This document shows, one piece after another, positions 38,033 through 48,374 of a stretch of 64,000 bases of DNA. Positions within the stretch are counted from its first letter, which is position 1, and the number at the start of each line of letters is the position of its first letter. Position numbers and translations under genes: made by a program. Source of the DNA: Actinomycetota bacterium (lineage in GTDB: Bacteria > Actinomycetota > Actinomycetes > S36-B12 > UBA5976); assembly GCA_947452765.1 (NCBI GenBank), contig CANGDR010000002.1, positions 24,407 to 88,406 on the forward strand. Direction: 5' to 3'. Under the pieces are notes generated by a model. The model searched no databases. It was not told where the DNA came from and saw only the letters and a list, made by a program, of their open reading frames with translations.

Positions 38033-38068
38033 GGATTGGATCCAATCTTGCTAAATTGGATCCAATCC
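38033..38068. repeat. twin 12-bp palindromes ATTGGATCCAAT x2, forming a larger 14-bp inverted repeat
   Basis: ggATTGGATCCAATc (38033-38047), ttgcta, aATTGGATCCAATcc (38054-38068). Located between the transporter stop (37993) and the acyl-CoA dehydrogenase start (38206). Confidence 0.85.
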
Positions 38069-38205
38069 TAAAAATCCCGATAAACTAAGAAAGAGGCACC
38101 TGATGGAGTTCACCCACTCCTTAGCCGAAATACTCATACTGGCGTTCGTTGCAACCAATTGCTACGTAAACGTCATCCGATTTATGTGGGATAGGAAGAA
38201 GCGAA

Positions 38206-39390
38206 ATGGCAACGCCACAACATCCGTTTGATTTATACGAGATCGATAGCCTATTCAATGATGAACAGCTTGCTATGCGCGATGCCGTTCGCCAGTTCGT
38301 TAATGATCGCATTAAGCCAAATGTTGGCCAGTGGTTCGAGGATGGCGTATTGCCGGCTCGCGAACTTGCTAAAGACATTGGCGCTATGGGCATGTTCGGC
38401 ATGCACCTCGAAGGCTACGGTTGCGCTGGAACTGACGCCACTTCTTATGGCCTAGCTTGCCTTGAACTTGAAGCTGGCGATTCAGGACTTCGCTCTTTCG
38501 TATCAGTCCAAGGATCACTTGCCATGTTTGCGATCTGGAAGTTTGGATCAGAGGAACAGAAGCAAGAATGGCTGCCACGTATGGCAACTGGTGATGCAAT
38601 CGGTTGCTTTGGTCTAACTGAATCCGATGCTGGCTCAAATCCTAGTGAAATGCGCACTAATGCAAAGCGTGATGGCGATGACTGGATTCTCAATGGCTCA
38701 AAGATGTGGATCACGAATGGAAACATTGCAGATGTTGCCATTGTTTGGGCACATACCGATAACGGCATCGAAGGATTCGTAGTTCCAACTAATACGCCAG
38801 GATTCACCGCCAACTTGGTTAAGCACAAGATGTCGCTGCGCGCATCCGTAACTAGCGAATTGGTGTTCGAAAACGTACGTCTACCAGCCTCAGCAGTATT
38901 GCCGGAAGTGCAGACCCTTCGCGGCCCACTCTCCTGCTTGTCCGAAGCGCGCTTTGGTATTTTGTTCGGTGTAGTTGGCGCAGCGCGTGATTGTCTGGAA
39001 ACCGCAATCGACTACACCATGAATCGCCAGCAGTTTGGTCGTCCAATTGCAGCATTCCAGTTAACCCAGCAGAAACTTGCTGACCTAACTTTGGCAACCG
39101 GTAACGGCATGCTACTTGCAGCTCACCTAGGCAAGCTCAAGGACCAACACAAGCTTCGTCCAGAGCAGGTAAGCGTGGGCAAAAAGAATAATGCTCGCAT
39201 GGCTTTGGAAGTTGCCCGTGAGTCTCGTTCTATGCTCGGTGGCTCAGGTATCACATTGGAATACCCAATTATTCGCCATATGAATAACTTGGAAAGTGTT
39301 TACACCTACGAGGGTACAAATGAAATCCATACCCTTGTGATTGGCCAAGCTCTTACAGGCATTGCCGCCTATTCGGATTACCAAGCATAA
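38206..39390 (+). CDS. acyl-CoA dehydrogenase (glutaryl-CoA dehydrogenase-like)
   Basis: GLTESDAGSNPSEM and YTYEGTNEIHTLVIGQALTG motifs, 394 aa. Confidence 0.85.
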   Translation: MATPQHPFDLYEIDSLFNDEQLAMRDAVRQFVNDRIKPNVGQWFEDGVLPARELAKDIGAMGMFGMHLEGYGCAGTDATSYGLACLELEAGDSGLRSFVSVQGSLAMFAIWKFGSEEQKQEWLPRMATGDAIGCFGLTESDAGSNPSEMRTNAKRDGDDWILNGSKMWITNGNIADVAIVWAHTDNGIEGFVVPTNTPGFTANLVKHKMSLRASVTSELVFENVRLPASAVLPEVQTLRGPLSCLSEARFGILFGVVGAARDCLETAIDYTMNRQQFGRPIAAFQLTQQKLADLTLATGNGMLLAAHLGKLKDQHKLRPEQVSVGKKNNARMALEVARESRSMLGGSGITLEYPIIRHMNNLESVYTYEGTNEIHTLVIGQALTGIAAYSDYQA

Positions 39391-39398
39391 ATAACAAA

Positions 39399-39432
39399 TA
39401 AAAAAGCCCCCGAGTAATCGGGGGCTTTTTTA
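39399..39432. terminator. bidirectional intrinsic terminator
   Basis: aaaaaa-gcccccga-gtaa-tcgggggc-tttttt, between convergent genes. Confidence 0.8.
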
Positions 39433-39438
39433 TTTAAA

Positions 39439-39729
39439 TTAAATCCAACGCGATATTTTGCGACCTTGCTTATCTGTGAAATTTCCCGTTATCACCATGA
39501 TGACGTCATAAATCCACCAGATTCCGAGTCCGCCTACTGTGAAAAAGAACAGCAGTCCAGTGCCAATCTTTCCAACATAGAATCGGTGCACAGTAGGCAG
39601 CAGAATTAGAAATAAGACAACAGGCAAGATTTGTTTATTGCTGACGTTTGCATCATCAGCTGTCGAGTGACCCACAGGCGGTGCAGGTGGCGGCGTTAAG
39701 TTTCCATTGTCAGACATATTTTCTCCCAT
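39439..39729 (-). CDS. TM2 domain-containing membrane protein
   Basis: ..HRFYVGKIGTGLLFFFTVGGLGIWWIYDVIMVITG.. is the TM2 signature. Confidence 0.75.
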   Translation of the reverse strand: MGENMSDNGNLTPPPAPPVGHSTADDANVSNKQILPVVLFLILLPTVHRFYVGKIGTGLLFFFTVGGLGIWWIYDVIMVITGNFTDKQGRKISRWI

Positions 39730-39732
39730 TAC

Positions 39733-40437
39733 TTACTTTGCGCCGTCAGCTTTGAAGCGGCTATCAATAAACCAGAAAAAGCTGAGAACAATCATGGAAG
39801 CTGTCAAGATTCCAAGCACGAAAACAATCACATAGGAATAGCCATAAGAAACTACGTCAAAGAAGTCGTATGGGTACTTGCCAATAAATACACCACGGAT
39901 CAAAGTATAAATAACGTAAATAATTGGTAAGACGAAAGCTAGTCCAACAGTCTTTTTATTAAACCAACCCCGCGGACCGAACATTAAGAACACCAATATT
40001 GTGATGATTGGCGTAATCGTATGTTCAATTGGGCTGGATATCTGATTTAGACCCTGCGGTGGATATTTGGGGCCGAGCAATAAGTTGTACACCACACCGG
40101 TAACGGTGATCATCAAAATGGAATCTAGCCGAAACACTCGCAGCCACTTGCCGTCACGATTTGGATTCAAATATAAAAGTGTCATCACAACACCGACCAC
40201 AATCTGACTCCAGATCGTGAAATAACTTAGTAAATCAACTAGGCGCTCGGGCGCACCAGCCAATCCACTCGCGTAGTCCCCTTTGTGCCCAAACTGCGAC
40301 ACTGGCGCTCCACCATTAACGTAAATGGCCTGAACTAGACCAAAAGTCTCGATCACGATTGACATTCCAAGGCCGATCCAGGCACTTAAGGCATTAATTC
40401 CGAATGCGGCACGCTTTAATGACATGGTTTCTGACAT
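39733..40437 (-). CDS. integral membrane protein, family uncertain
   Basis: 234 aa with about six hydrophobic segments. Its stop is 4 nt before the TM2 gene start. Confidence 0.5.
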   Translation of the reverse strand: MSETMSLKRAAFGINALSAWIGLGMSIVIETFGLVQAIYVNGGAPVSQFGHKGDYASGLAGAPERLVDLLSYFTIWSQIVVGVVMTLLYLNPNRDGKWLRVFRLDSILMITVTGVVYNLLLGPKYPPQGLNQISSPIEHTITPIITILVFLMFGPRGWFNKKTVGLAFVLPIIYVIYTLIRGVFIGKYPYDFFDVVSYGYSYVIVFVLGILTASMIVLSFFWFIDSRFKADGAK

Positions 40438-40483
40438 GGCTACATTCTAAAGCGCGACCTTAATTATGGATTCAAATTTCGAA

Positions 40484-42373
40484 TTAGCCACGCAATAGTG
40501 GACGCAAAATATCCAAAATTGAGGCATCTTCAATCGTGCTTGGCACATCTACATTCTTGCCATCAGCTATACCGCGCATAGTCTTTCGCAGTACTTTGCC
40601 GGATCGGGTCTTAGGTAACCCAGGCACAATCACCACATCTCGTAGGGCTGCAACTGGGCCAACGTCACGACGAACCAGTGCCACGATTTCTGCTTGCAAT
40701 ACTTCGGGGTCAATTTCGGAACCAGATTTTAAAACCACAAAAGCCTTAGGTACTTGACCTTTAATTTCATCCGCCACCCCGATTACGGCACACTCAGCAA
40801 CTAGCGAATGGGTTGCTACAACGCTTTCGAGTGAACCTGTGCTCAATCTATGTCCCGCGACATTGATCACATCATCAGTTCGGCCCAGAATGTGTACATA
40901 CCCATCTGCATCAATGAATCCGCCATCGCCCGTTGCGTAGTTTCCTGGAAAAACCGTTAAGTAGGAGTCGATGTACCGCTGGTCGTCACCCCAAAGAGTC
41001 GGCAAAGTTCCTGGTGGCAGCGGCAATGAAATTGCAATGTTGCCTTCTGTGCCCGGTGGCACCGGCTTTCCAGTTTCATCCAATACTTTTATCTCATAGC
41101 CAGGGATTGCAACCGTTGGTGATCCGGCTTTAATCGGCATGGGTTCCAAGCCTCGCAAATTAGAAGCAATCGGCCAACCTGTTTCAGTTTGCCACCAGTT
41201 ATCAACTACCGGAACTCCCAGATGTTCCGTTGCCCATTCATAGGTATCTGGATCAAGCCGTTCGCCGGCTAAGAAGAGGGTTTCGAACTTACTCAGGTCA
41301 GCGCTCTTAATGAACTCGCCATTTGAATCTTCTTTTCGAATTGCCCGAATTGCGGTTGGGGCAGTGAACATTCCATTCACGCCATATTTTTCGATGACTC
41401 GCCAAAAAGTCCCAGCATCCGGGGTGCCAACCGGTTTACCCTCAAACACAATCGTGGTTGCACCAGCAAGAAGCGGCGCGTAAACGATGTAAGAGTGACC
41501 CACAACCCAACCAACATCAGAAGCGGACCACCAAACATCACCGGCTTCAATGTTATAAACGTTTTTCATCGACCAAGTCAACGCAACTGCATGTCCGCCG
41601 TTGTCGCGTACAATCCCTTTGGGCTTACCGGTAGTTCCTGATGTGTAGAGGATGTAAAGCGGATCAGTTGCCTTTACCGTCACGCACTCCGTGGGTTCAG
41701 CCATAGACATTGCGGTGTTCCAGTCAATGTCTAGCTCGCCCAACTCAACTACATGCTGTTCCCGTTGCAAAATTATGCAGCGATCTGGTTTGTGGGTCGC
41801 TAATCTAATTGACTCATCTAACATCGGTTTATATTCAATAATTCGGTTTGGTTCTAGTCCGCAAGATGCTGAAACAATTACTTTTGGCTTCGCATCATCA
41901 ATTCGGGCTGCAAGTTCTGCCGGAGCAAAACCACCAAATACTACGGAATGAACGGCGCCGAGGCGAGCACACGCCAACATCGCGATTAACGCTTCTGGCA
42001 CCATCGGCATATAGATAACGACGCGATCCCCTTTAACAACCCCAGACATACGAAGTACACCAGCAAATTTGGCAACCTTCTCAAGCATTTGGGCGTACGT
42101 GAGCATTGAACTCTTACCGGTAATTGCACTCTCATGAATTACTGCTGGCTGATCCGCCCGGCCAGCAATTACATGCCGATCCAACATGTTGTAACAGGTG
42201 TTTAGTTCACCATCGGAAAACCAGCGGTAGAGCGGGGCCTTGGAATCATCAAGGATTATTGTTGGCTTCTTTTCCCAAGTAACGAGTTCCGCAATTTCCC
42301 CCCAAAAGCCATTTGGGTCGGACATACTCCGCTGAAATGCGACTTGGTAATTTCCCATACTCGTGTCTATCAC
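40484..42373 (-). CDS. AMP-forming acyl-CoA synthetase (propionate/acetate--CoA ligase type)
   Basis: YTSGTTGKPKG AMP-binding motif, C-terminal LPKTRSGKVLRK, about 629 aa as in PrpE/Acs. The start could instead be the M at residue 6. Confidence 0.85.
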   Translation of the reverse strand: MIDTSMGNYQVAFQRSMSDPNGFWGEIAELVTWEKKPTIILDDSKAPLYRWFSDGELNTCYNMLDRHVIAGRADQPAVIHESAITGKSSMLTYAQMLEKVAKFAGVLRMSGVVKGDRVVIYMPMVPEALIAMLACARLGAVHSVVFGGFAPAELAARIDDAKPKVIVSASCGLEPNRIIEYKPMLDESIRLATHKPDRCIILQREQHVVELGELDIDWNTAMSMAEPTECVTVKATDPLYILYTSGTTGKPKGIVRDNGGHAVALTWSMKNVYNIEAGDVWWSASDVGWVVGHSYIVYAPLLAGATTIVFEGKPVGTPDAGTFWRVIEKYGVNGMFTAPTAIRAIRKEDSNGEFIKSADLSKFETLFLAGERLDPDTYEWATEHLGVPVVDNWWQTETGWPIASNLRGLEPMPIKAGSPTVAIPGYEIKVLDETGKPVPPGTEGNIAISLPLPPGTLPTLWGDDQRYIDSYLTVFPGNYATGDGGFIDADGYVHILGRTDDVINVAGHRLSTGSLESVVATHSLVAECAVIGVADEIKGQVPKAFVVLKSGSEIDPEVLQAEIVALVRRDVGPVAALRDVVIVPGLPKTRSGKVLRKTMRGIADGKNVDVPSTIEDASILDILRPLLRG

Positions 42374-42418
42374 GATGGTTACCTAAAAATCTGATCGACC
42401 AAGAAATTAGGGGTGTGA

Positions 42419-43528
42419 CTATTTTTCTTTCGTTGCAGCGGCCAGCTGACCACAAGCGCCATCAATATCTCGGCCCCGAGTATCACGTACTGTCACTGGG
42501 ACGCCATGACTCTTTAGGCGACGAACAAATTCATCCTCGTCTTCTTGGCGTGATGCCGTCCACTTTGAACCTGGTGTTGGGTTCAGCGGAATCAGGTTCA
42601 CGTGCACAAGATTTCCAGCCAGCTTTTCGCCAAGTAAGTCAGCGCGCCAGGCCTGATCGTTGACGTCCTTGATCATTGCGTACTCGATAGAAATGCGACG
42701 CCCAGTGGCGTCAGCGTAATTCCAGGCAGCATCTAAAACTTCTTGTACTTTGAATCGGGTATTAATCGGAACTAAGGTGTCGCGCAGCTCGTCATCAGGT
42801 GCATGGAGCGAGACTGCAAGGGTGACCGGAATTCCTTCTTCTGCTAGCTGTCGCATCCGTGGGACTAAACCAACTGTCGAAAGCGTTATCCCGCGAGCCG
42901 ACATTCCAAAACCTGCCGGAGCAGGTTCAGTTAATCTGCGAATTGCGCCGATTACATTCTTGTAGTTGGCCATCGGTTCGCCCATACCCATGAAAACTAA
43001 GTTATTGATTCGACCTACCCCACCAGCAACTTCACCGCGTGCAAGTGAGCGAGCACCTGCCAATACTTGCTCTACGATTTCTGCCGTGGAAAGATTTCGT
43101 GTTAGTCCGCCTTGACCCGTCGCGCAGAATGGGCAATTCATGCCGCATCCAGCTTGCGAAGAAATACAGATAGTGCTGCGATCGGTGTAGCGCATCAATA
43201 CGCTTTCAACCAGAACTCCATCAAAAAGTTTCCACACTTGCTTAACTGTCGTTCCGTTGTCGCAATCTAGTTGCCGCACCGAAGTCATGATCTCCGGAAA
43301 CAATAAGTCCTTGACAGTCTCGCGCATATCCGCAGGAACATCAGTCCAAGAATTCGTGTCATCATTTAGCCGCTGGTACCACTGACGCGAGAATTGATCT
43401 GCGCGAAATCCAGGTAATCCAAGTTCAACAACCTGAGCCTTGCGTTCTTCCACAGTCCAATCGGACCAATGTTGTGGCGGCTTAGGCCGCTTTGGTTCGA
43501 CCATTATCAATTCACCGGGTGCAGGCAT
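42419..43528 (-). CDS. rlmN: 23S rRNA/tRNA (adenine-C2)-methyltransferase, radical SAM
   Basis: [14 protein letters not shown] radical-SAM cluster motif. Conserved slot next to cdsA. Confidence 0.9.
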   Translation of the reverse strand: MPAPGELIMVEPKRPKPPQHWSDWTVEERKAQVVELGLPGFRADQFSRQWYQRLNDDTNSWTDVPADMRETVKDLLFPEIMTSVRQLDCDNGTTVKQVWKLFDGVLVESVLMRYTDRSTICISSQAGCGMNCPFCATGQGGLTRNLSTAEIVEQVLAGARSLARGEVAGGVGRINNLVFMGMGEPMANYKNVIGAIRRLTEPAPAGFGMSARGITLSTVGLVPRMRQLAEEGIPVTLAVSLHAPDDELRDTLVPINTRFKVQEVLDAAWNYADATGRRISIEYAMIKDVNDQAWRADLLGEKLAGNLVHVNLIPLNPTPGSKWTASRQEDEDEFVRRLKSHGVPVTVRDTRGRDIDGACGQLAAATKEK

Positions 43529-43555
43529 AACGTAAGCCTACGTGCCAAACGCTAG

Positions 43556-44380
43556 TTAAAGAAAAATGCCGAATAGCGCCCAAGCAAGGAATGCGTTGAT
43601 TACGAGTGAATCTAGCCGATCCATCACTCCGCCATGCCCTGGAAGCAGGGATGACATATCCTTGATTCCTAAATCACGCTTAATTATTGATTCGATTAAA
43701 TCACCAACTGTTGCCCCGATGGTCAAGATCAACCCAACAAATATGCCTTCCCAAGCTGCGTGGTGAAAGATTTGGGTCCAAATCAGGACACCGACAATAA
43801 TTTCTAAAATTATTGATCCTGCAAATCCTTCCCAAGTTTTCTTTGGAGAAATCTTGGGCGCCATTGGGTTCTTTCCAAAACGTGCGCCAGCAATGTAGCC
43901 GCCAAGATCACTGGCTGCGGTTAGAAGTACAAATGCCAAAACTTTCCAAGCACCATTTTCTTGACCGGACAGTAGGACTGCAAACCCCGCGAGGAGTGGC
44001 GCGTAAGTGAGAATAAAAATCGAACGAGTTACGTGATGAACATAAGCCTCTTCGCCATCAAATATTCGCGTAATCAAAACCGCAAGCACACTTGCAACAT
44101 AGGCATCTAGCAATAATTCGGGCCCACCTTGATAGGCAGCTAGGACAATAACTGGCGCGCAAATCTGGAGCACCAATCTCATGCGCTGGGACAATCCGAC
44201 TACGATTACGTTATTTAGTTCGCGGGTTGCAAATACGATGATTATCGCTGCCAACAAAACAAATAGCGCAGGATCTACAAATAGGGATGCGATCAATATC
44301 GCAAGGAGAGATATTCCAACTGCTGTTGCTGCTGGAAGATTTCGGCCAAATTTACCGTAGTCGATTCCAGTTTTAGTCAC
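43556..44380 (-). CDS. cdsA: phosphatidate cytidylyltransferase
   Basis: C-terminal signature SIIKRDLGIKDMSSLLPGHGGVMDRLDS. Confidence 0.9.
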   Translation of the reverse strand: MTKTGIDYGKFGRNLPAATAVGISLLAILIASLFVDPALFVLLAAIIIVFATRELNNVIVVGLSQRMRLVLQICAPVIVLAAYQGGPELLLDAYVASVLAVLITRIFDGEEAYVHHVTRSIFILTYAPLLAGFAVLLSGQENGAWKVLAFVLLTAASDLGGYIAGARFGKNPMAPKISPKKTWEGFAGSIILEIIVGVLIWTQIFHHAAWEGIFVGLILTIGATVGDLIESIIKRDLGIKDMSSLLPGHGGVMDRLDSLVINAFLAWALFGIFL

Positions 44381-44382
44381 GG

Positions 44383-44940
44383 CTAAACCTCTAGAAGTTC
44401 GGCTTCTTTGTGCTTCAACATCTCGTCGATATGCCCAACTGCCTTTGTGGTGATATCTTCAAGCGACTTTTCAGCTCGGGCCACTTCATCCTTGCCAGCG
44501 TCACCATCCTTGGCCATCTTCTCTAGAGCCTCTTTAGCATGGCGCCGAATATTTCGAATAGCGATCCGCGCATCCTCAGCTTTTACTTTTGCAACCTTAA
44601 TAAATTCCTTGCGGCGGTCTTCAGTTAATTGCGGGAATGGCACGCGAACTATTGCGCCATCATTAGATGGATTGACACCAAGATCTGAATCGCGAATAGA
44701 TCGCTCAATTGCACCAAGCGCTGTCTTGTCGAACGGAGTTATGACAGCCACTCTAGGTTCTGGTGTTTGGATTGAAGCTACTTGCTGAAGCGGAGTTGGG
44801 GTGCCGTAATAATCCACCATGATCTTTGAGAACAATGCTGCCGAAGCGCGGCCCGCACGAATTGTTGTGAATTCTTCGCGAGTCACCTCAGTAGCCTTGG
44901 TCATCTTCTCTTCAGCATCTTTAAGAGTTGCATCAATCAT
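44383..44940 (-). CDS. frr: ribosome recycling factor
   Basis: 185 aa, ..FTTIRAGRASAALF..V..YG..TPL.. pattern, pyrH-frr-cdsA synteny. Confidence 0.93.
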   Translation of the reverse strand: MIDATLKDAEEKMTKATEVTREEFTTIRAGRASAALFSKIMVDYYGTPTPLQQVASIQTPEPRVAVITPFDKTALGAIERSIRDSDLGVNPSNDGAIVRVPFPQLTEDRRKEFIKVAKVKAEDARIAIRNIRRHAKEALEKMAKDGDAGKDEVARAEKSLEDITTKAVGHIDEMLKHKEAELLEV

Positions 44941-44955
44941 ATTGTCCTCTAATCC

Positions 44956-45756
44956 TTAGTGACTTGTTCTAATCAAAGTACCTATTGCTTCACCATTAAC
45001 AGCTCGCGCGATATTTCCATCTGTGAGCAAGTTGAAAACAACAATGGGAAGGTCATTGTCGCGACACAAGCTAATCGCAGTGGCATCAGCAACCTTCAGA
45101 TTTTGAGTTAAAACGTCATCATGGCTGAGCATTTCGTATTTCTTTGCTTTTGCGTTAGTTCGAGGATCATCGTCGTAAACGCCATCTACACCCTTAGCCA
45201 TCAAGACAACTTCGCAGCCTATTTCCAGGGCCCGTTGAGCTGCGCAACTATCAGTACTGAAATACGGAGTTCCAAGGCCCGCGCCAAAAATTACTACGCG
45301 TCCCTTTTCCAAGTGACGCTCAGCGCGACCAGGTATGTAAGGTTCGGCCACTTGACTCATTGGGATTGCGGTCTGGACCCGAGTTGCGATTTCTTGCTTC
45401 TCTAGGAAATCCTGAAGTGCTAAACAGTTCATTACGGTACCCAGCATGCCCATGTAGTCGGCTCTAGCACGATCCATGCCACGCTCAGCTAATTGCGCAC
45501 CGCGGAAATAGTTGCCGCCACCAATCACAACTGCTACTTCAGCGCCTTGCCTTACGACGTCGGCAATCTGTCGGGCGATGTCACTTACGACGTCAGGGTC
45601 GACTCCGAGTTTGCCTTCTCCGGCAAATGCTTCACCAGAGAGTTTAAGGAGTACGCGCTTCCAGCCGCCTTGCGGAACGCCGGGCCAAATTTCAGTTGTT
45701 GAAGAAGATGCGCTCACGTCCTTAATCTTGCCGTATCCGGCTGGCGAAATATGCAA
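44956..45756 (-). CDS. pyrH: UMP kinase
   Basis: [21 protein letters not shown] motifs. The start is uncertain: the ORF track uses TTG 45756, and a GTG 13 codons in is also possible. Confidence 0.9.
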   Translation of the reverse strand: MHISPAGYGKIKDVSASSSTTEIWPGVPQGGWKRVLLKLSGEAFAGEGKLGVDPDVVSDIARQIADVVRQGAEVAVVIGGGNYFRGAQLAERGMDRARADYMGMLGTVMNCLALQDFLEKQEIATRVQTAIPMSQVAEPYIPGRAERHLEKGRVVIFGAGLGTPYFSTDSCAAQRALEIGCEVVLMAKGVDGVYDDDPRTNAKAKKYEMLSHDDVLTQNLKVADATAISLCRDNDLPIVVFNLLTDGNIARAVNGEAIGTLIRTSH

Positions 45757-45799
45757 TGCCCCCAGAAATGCCCCCAGAAATCCATTAAGAATTCGCCTC

Positions 45800-45843
45800 G
45801 AAAATACTTTTGGCTCTCACCCTTGTGAGGTGAGAGCCAAAAG
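45800..45843 (-). terminator. intrinsic terminator after tsf
   Basis: cttttggctctcacc (45807-21) pairs with ggtgagagccaaaag (45829-43). The minus-strand stem is followed by tattttc. Confidence 0.7.
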
Positions 45844-45860
45844 AGCCTTTAATTGCGGAA

Positions 45861-46673
45861 CTAACCGCCGATTTCAATTCGAGTGAACCCTGTTACCACG
45901 GTGCCAGCTTCTTCTAGAACCTGCTTAACCGACTTCTTGTTGTCAGTTACCGAGGACTGCTCAAGTAAGCAACTGTCCTTGTAGAAGCCATTTACGCGTC
46001 CTTCAACGATCTTTGCAAGCGCGCCTTCTGGCTTGCCTTCTTCTTTGGCAGTTTCAAGTGCAATGTGCTTTTCGTTCTCAACAACATCTGCTGGAACTTC
46101 ATCGCGAGTTAGGTAAGTTGGACGCATAGCGGCGATCTGCATCGCTGCGCCGCGGGCCGCATCCTCATTACCGGTGTACGAAACTAGAACGCCAACTGCC
46201 GGTGGCAAATCTGCTGAGCGGCGGTGCAAGTAAATCGCTACATCACCATCATGATTTGCAACTCGGCCAAGTTCGATTTTTTCGCCAATTACCGCAGCCA
46301 TGTCACCAATTGCTTGCTCGACGGTCTTGCCGGTACTTATAGTAAGTGCGGCTGCAGCAGCTGAATCTTTTGCGCCAGCAGCCTTAACAGCAGCAGCGAT
46401 TTCAGAACCAAGCTTTAAGAAGTCTTCACTCTTAGCAACGAAGTCAGTTTCACAAAGTAGTTCGATTAATGCGCCAGCATCGTGAGAAACGATGCCTGCA
46501 GATGTTTCGCGCTCTTCGCCACGCTTTGCAGCCTTGGCAGCACCTGAGATGCGCAGGATTTCGACAGCCTTGTCGAAGTCACCGTTTGATTCTTCAAGAG
46601 CCTTCTTGCACTCCATCATTCCGGCAGATGTCATGTCGCGAAGTTTCTTCACGTCTGCGGCTGAAATAGACAT
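45861..46673 (-). CDS. tsf: elongation factor Ts
   Basis: UBA-like N-terminus [36 protein letters not shown]. rpsB-tsf synteny. Confidence 0.95.
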   Translation of the reverse strand: MSISAADVKKLRDMTSAGMMECKKALEESNGDFDKAVEILRISGAAKAAKRGEERETSAGIVSHDAGALIELLCETDFVAKSEDFLKLGSEIAAAVKAAGAKDSAAAAALTISTGKTVEQAIGDMAAVIGEKIELGRVANHDGDVAIYLHRRSADLPPAVGVLVSYTGNEDAARGAAMQIAAMRPTYLTRDEVPADVVENEKHIALETAKEEGKPEGALAKIVEGRVNGFYKDSCLLEQSSVTDNKKSVKQVLEEAGTVVTGFTRIEIGG

Positions 46674-46764
46674 TTTAGATTCCTTTAATATTTGCGGGGT
46701 TAGTCGTTACGAAATTGTAAATTTATGCTGGTGTGGGTGGCGAACCACCCACACGAACAAATGC

Positions 46765-47586
46765 TTATTCAGCGGTAGGAGCTGCTGGAGCTTCTTCTGC
46801 TGGAGCAGCTTCTGCTGAACCTGTAAGAAGTTCCTTTTCCCATTCTGTAAGCGGTTCAACTGCTGCATCAGCAGGTGCGCCACCAACAGCTGCGCTTGCG
46901 CGAGCCATCAGACCTTCAGCAACTGCGTCAGCAATCACCTTGGTTAGCAAGCCAACGGCGCGAAGTGCGTCATCGTTTCCTGGAATTGGATAGTCAACAA
47001 CATCTGGATCACAGTTGGTATCAAGGATTCCAACAACCGGGATGTTTAGCTTGTGTGCTTCGCCAACTGCAATGTGCTCTTTGTTGGTATCAACTACCCA
47101 AATTGCACTTGGAACTTTATGCATGTCGCGAATACCCGTAAGCACTAATTCAAGTTTTTCTTTTTCGCGACGAAGAACGAGAAGTTCTTTCTTAGTCAGA
47201 CCAGAGCCTGCTACGTCATCAAAGTTAATTTGTTCAAGTTCCTTCATGCGAGAGATTCGCTTGGAAACGGTCTGGAAGTTGGTTAGCATGCCACCTAACC
47301 AGCGGTGGTTTACGTATGGCATTCCAACGCGGGCAGCTTCGGTTGCAATTGCTTCCTGAGCCTGCTTCTTGGTGCCAACGAAAAGAATTGTGCCACCGTG
47401 AGCAACAGTTTCGCGAACAAAATCGTATGCCCGATCAATGTAAGCAAGTGACTGCTGTAAGTCGATGATGTAGATACCGTTGCGTTCAGTGAAAATGAAA
47501 CGCTTCATCTTTGGGTTCCAGCGGCGGGTCTGGTGTCCGAAGTGAACACCGTTATCCAGCAACTGTCGCGTCGTTACGACGGCCAT
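46765..47586 (-). CDS. rpsB: 30S ribosomal protein S2
   Basis: True start is [27 protein letters not shown] at ATG 47586, with GGAG 7 nt upstream. Ala/Glu/Pro-rich C-terminal tail. Confidence 0.93.
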   Translation of the reverse strand: MAVVTTRQLLDNGVHFGHQTRRWNPKMKRFIFTERNGIYIIDLQQSLAYIDRAYDFVRETVAHGGTILFVGTKKQAQEAIATEAARVGMPYVNHRWLGGMLTNFQTVSKRISRMKELEQINFDDVAGSGLTKKELLVLRREKEKLELVLTGIRDMHKVPSAIWVVDTNKEHIAVGEAHKLNIPVVGILDTNCDPDVVDYPIPGNDDALRAVGLLTKVIADAVAEGLMARASAAVGGAPADAAVEPLTEWEKELLTGSAEAAPAEEAPAAPTAE

Positions 47587-47858
47587 GGTTGTACTCCTAT
47601 TTCTTAGGCTGGCGTTAACCAACCTCATTGCGGTTTGTGCGATCTCGGTTGAAATCGCCCTTGGTTCGGTGTCGGAGTCCGCCTGTTGCCAGGACCGATG
47701 GACTTTCGATTCACGTAGTTGAACCTGTGAAGTCACCTATTGCTAGGTGCTGAAACGAGTTTACTTGATTTTCTGGGACCAGTTGACCACAGCTTTCGGT
47801 CATCCCCAATAACGGCAAGGGTCTGTCAATGATCACCTTAGGGCTCCATGCTGACTCG

Positions 47859-48374
47859 ATGAAGCTTCGTTTTTCCCTAATTTTTTTGCAGTTTTCCGCA
47901 ATCCTGGCGATCTCCTGCACGCCTGCATCAAGTCAGCCAGCCAATGCCCCGAGGCCGAGTTGGGGGTGGCCACTAGAGCCACATCGGATCATTCGGAAGT
48001 TTGATCCCCCGGCCCAGAATTGGCTACCTGGCCATCGAGGCGTGGATCTTGCAGGCACTTCAGGTGAAGTTGTTCGTTCGGCTGGTAATGGTGAAGTGAT
48101 ATTTGCAGGGGAGATTGCTGGTAGGGGCGTAATTGTTGTCAAGCACGGAACGATTCGCACAACCTACGAGCCTGTCACTGCTTCAGTAACAGTAGGAACT
48201 CACGTTCGCACCGGTGATGAAATCGGAAATTTACAACCTGGCGAAAGTCATTGCGTAGCACAAGCAACAGTCATCTGTTTACACTGGGGACTAATTCAAG
48301 GACAAACATATCTCAATCCCCTTTTGCTGGTGAAGAAGCAGGTTCGCTTACTTCCAATAACGCAAAAAGATTAA
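47859..48374 (+). CDS. M23-family metallopeptidase, probable lipoprotein
   Basis: PGHRGVDLAG and HWGL motifs. MKLRFSLIFLQFSAILAISC has a lipobox-like AISC, so I prefer the ATG at 47859. Confidence 0.8.
   Translation: MKLRFSLIFLQFSAILAISCTPASSQPANAPRPSWGWPLEPHRIIRKFDPPAQNWLPGHRGVDLAGTSGEVVRSAGNGEVIFAGEIAGRGVIVVKHGTIRTTYEPVTASVTVGTHVRTGDEIGNLQPGESHCVAQATVICLHWGLIQGQTYLNPLLLVKKQVRLLPITQKD

Noticed and set aside
38121-38402. 93-aa minus-strand ORF overlapping the start of the acyl-CoA dehydrogenase gene
   Set aside because: It overlaps a strongly supported plus-strand gene by about 200 nt, has no motif and no RBS. It is probably spurious.
47587-47858. c-di-AMP (ydaO-type) riboswitch upstream of the M23 peptidase, or an S2 autoregulatory leader upstream of rpsB
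   Set aside because: I could not find the conserved ydaO core words (for example the ACGGGG / AGCTAACCTCG-like segments) on either strand. The spacer is long, but I cannot support a specific RNA call.
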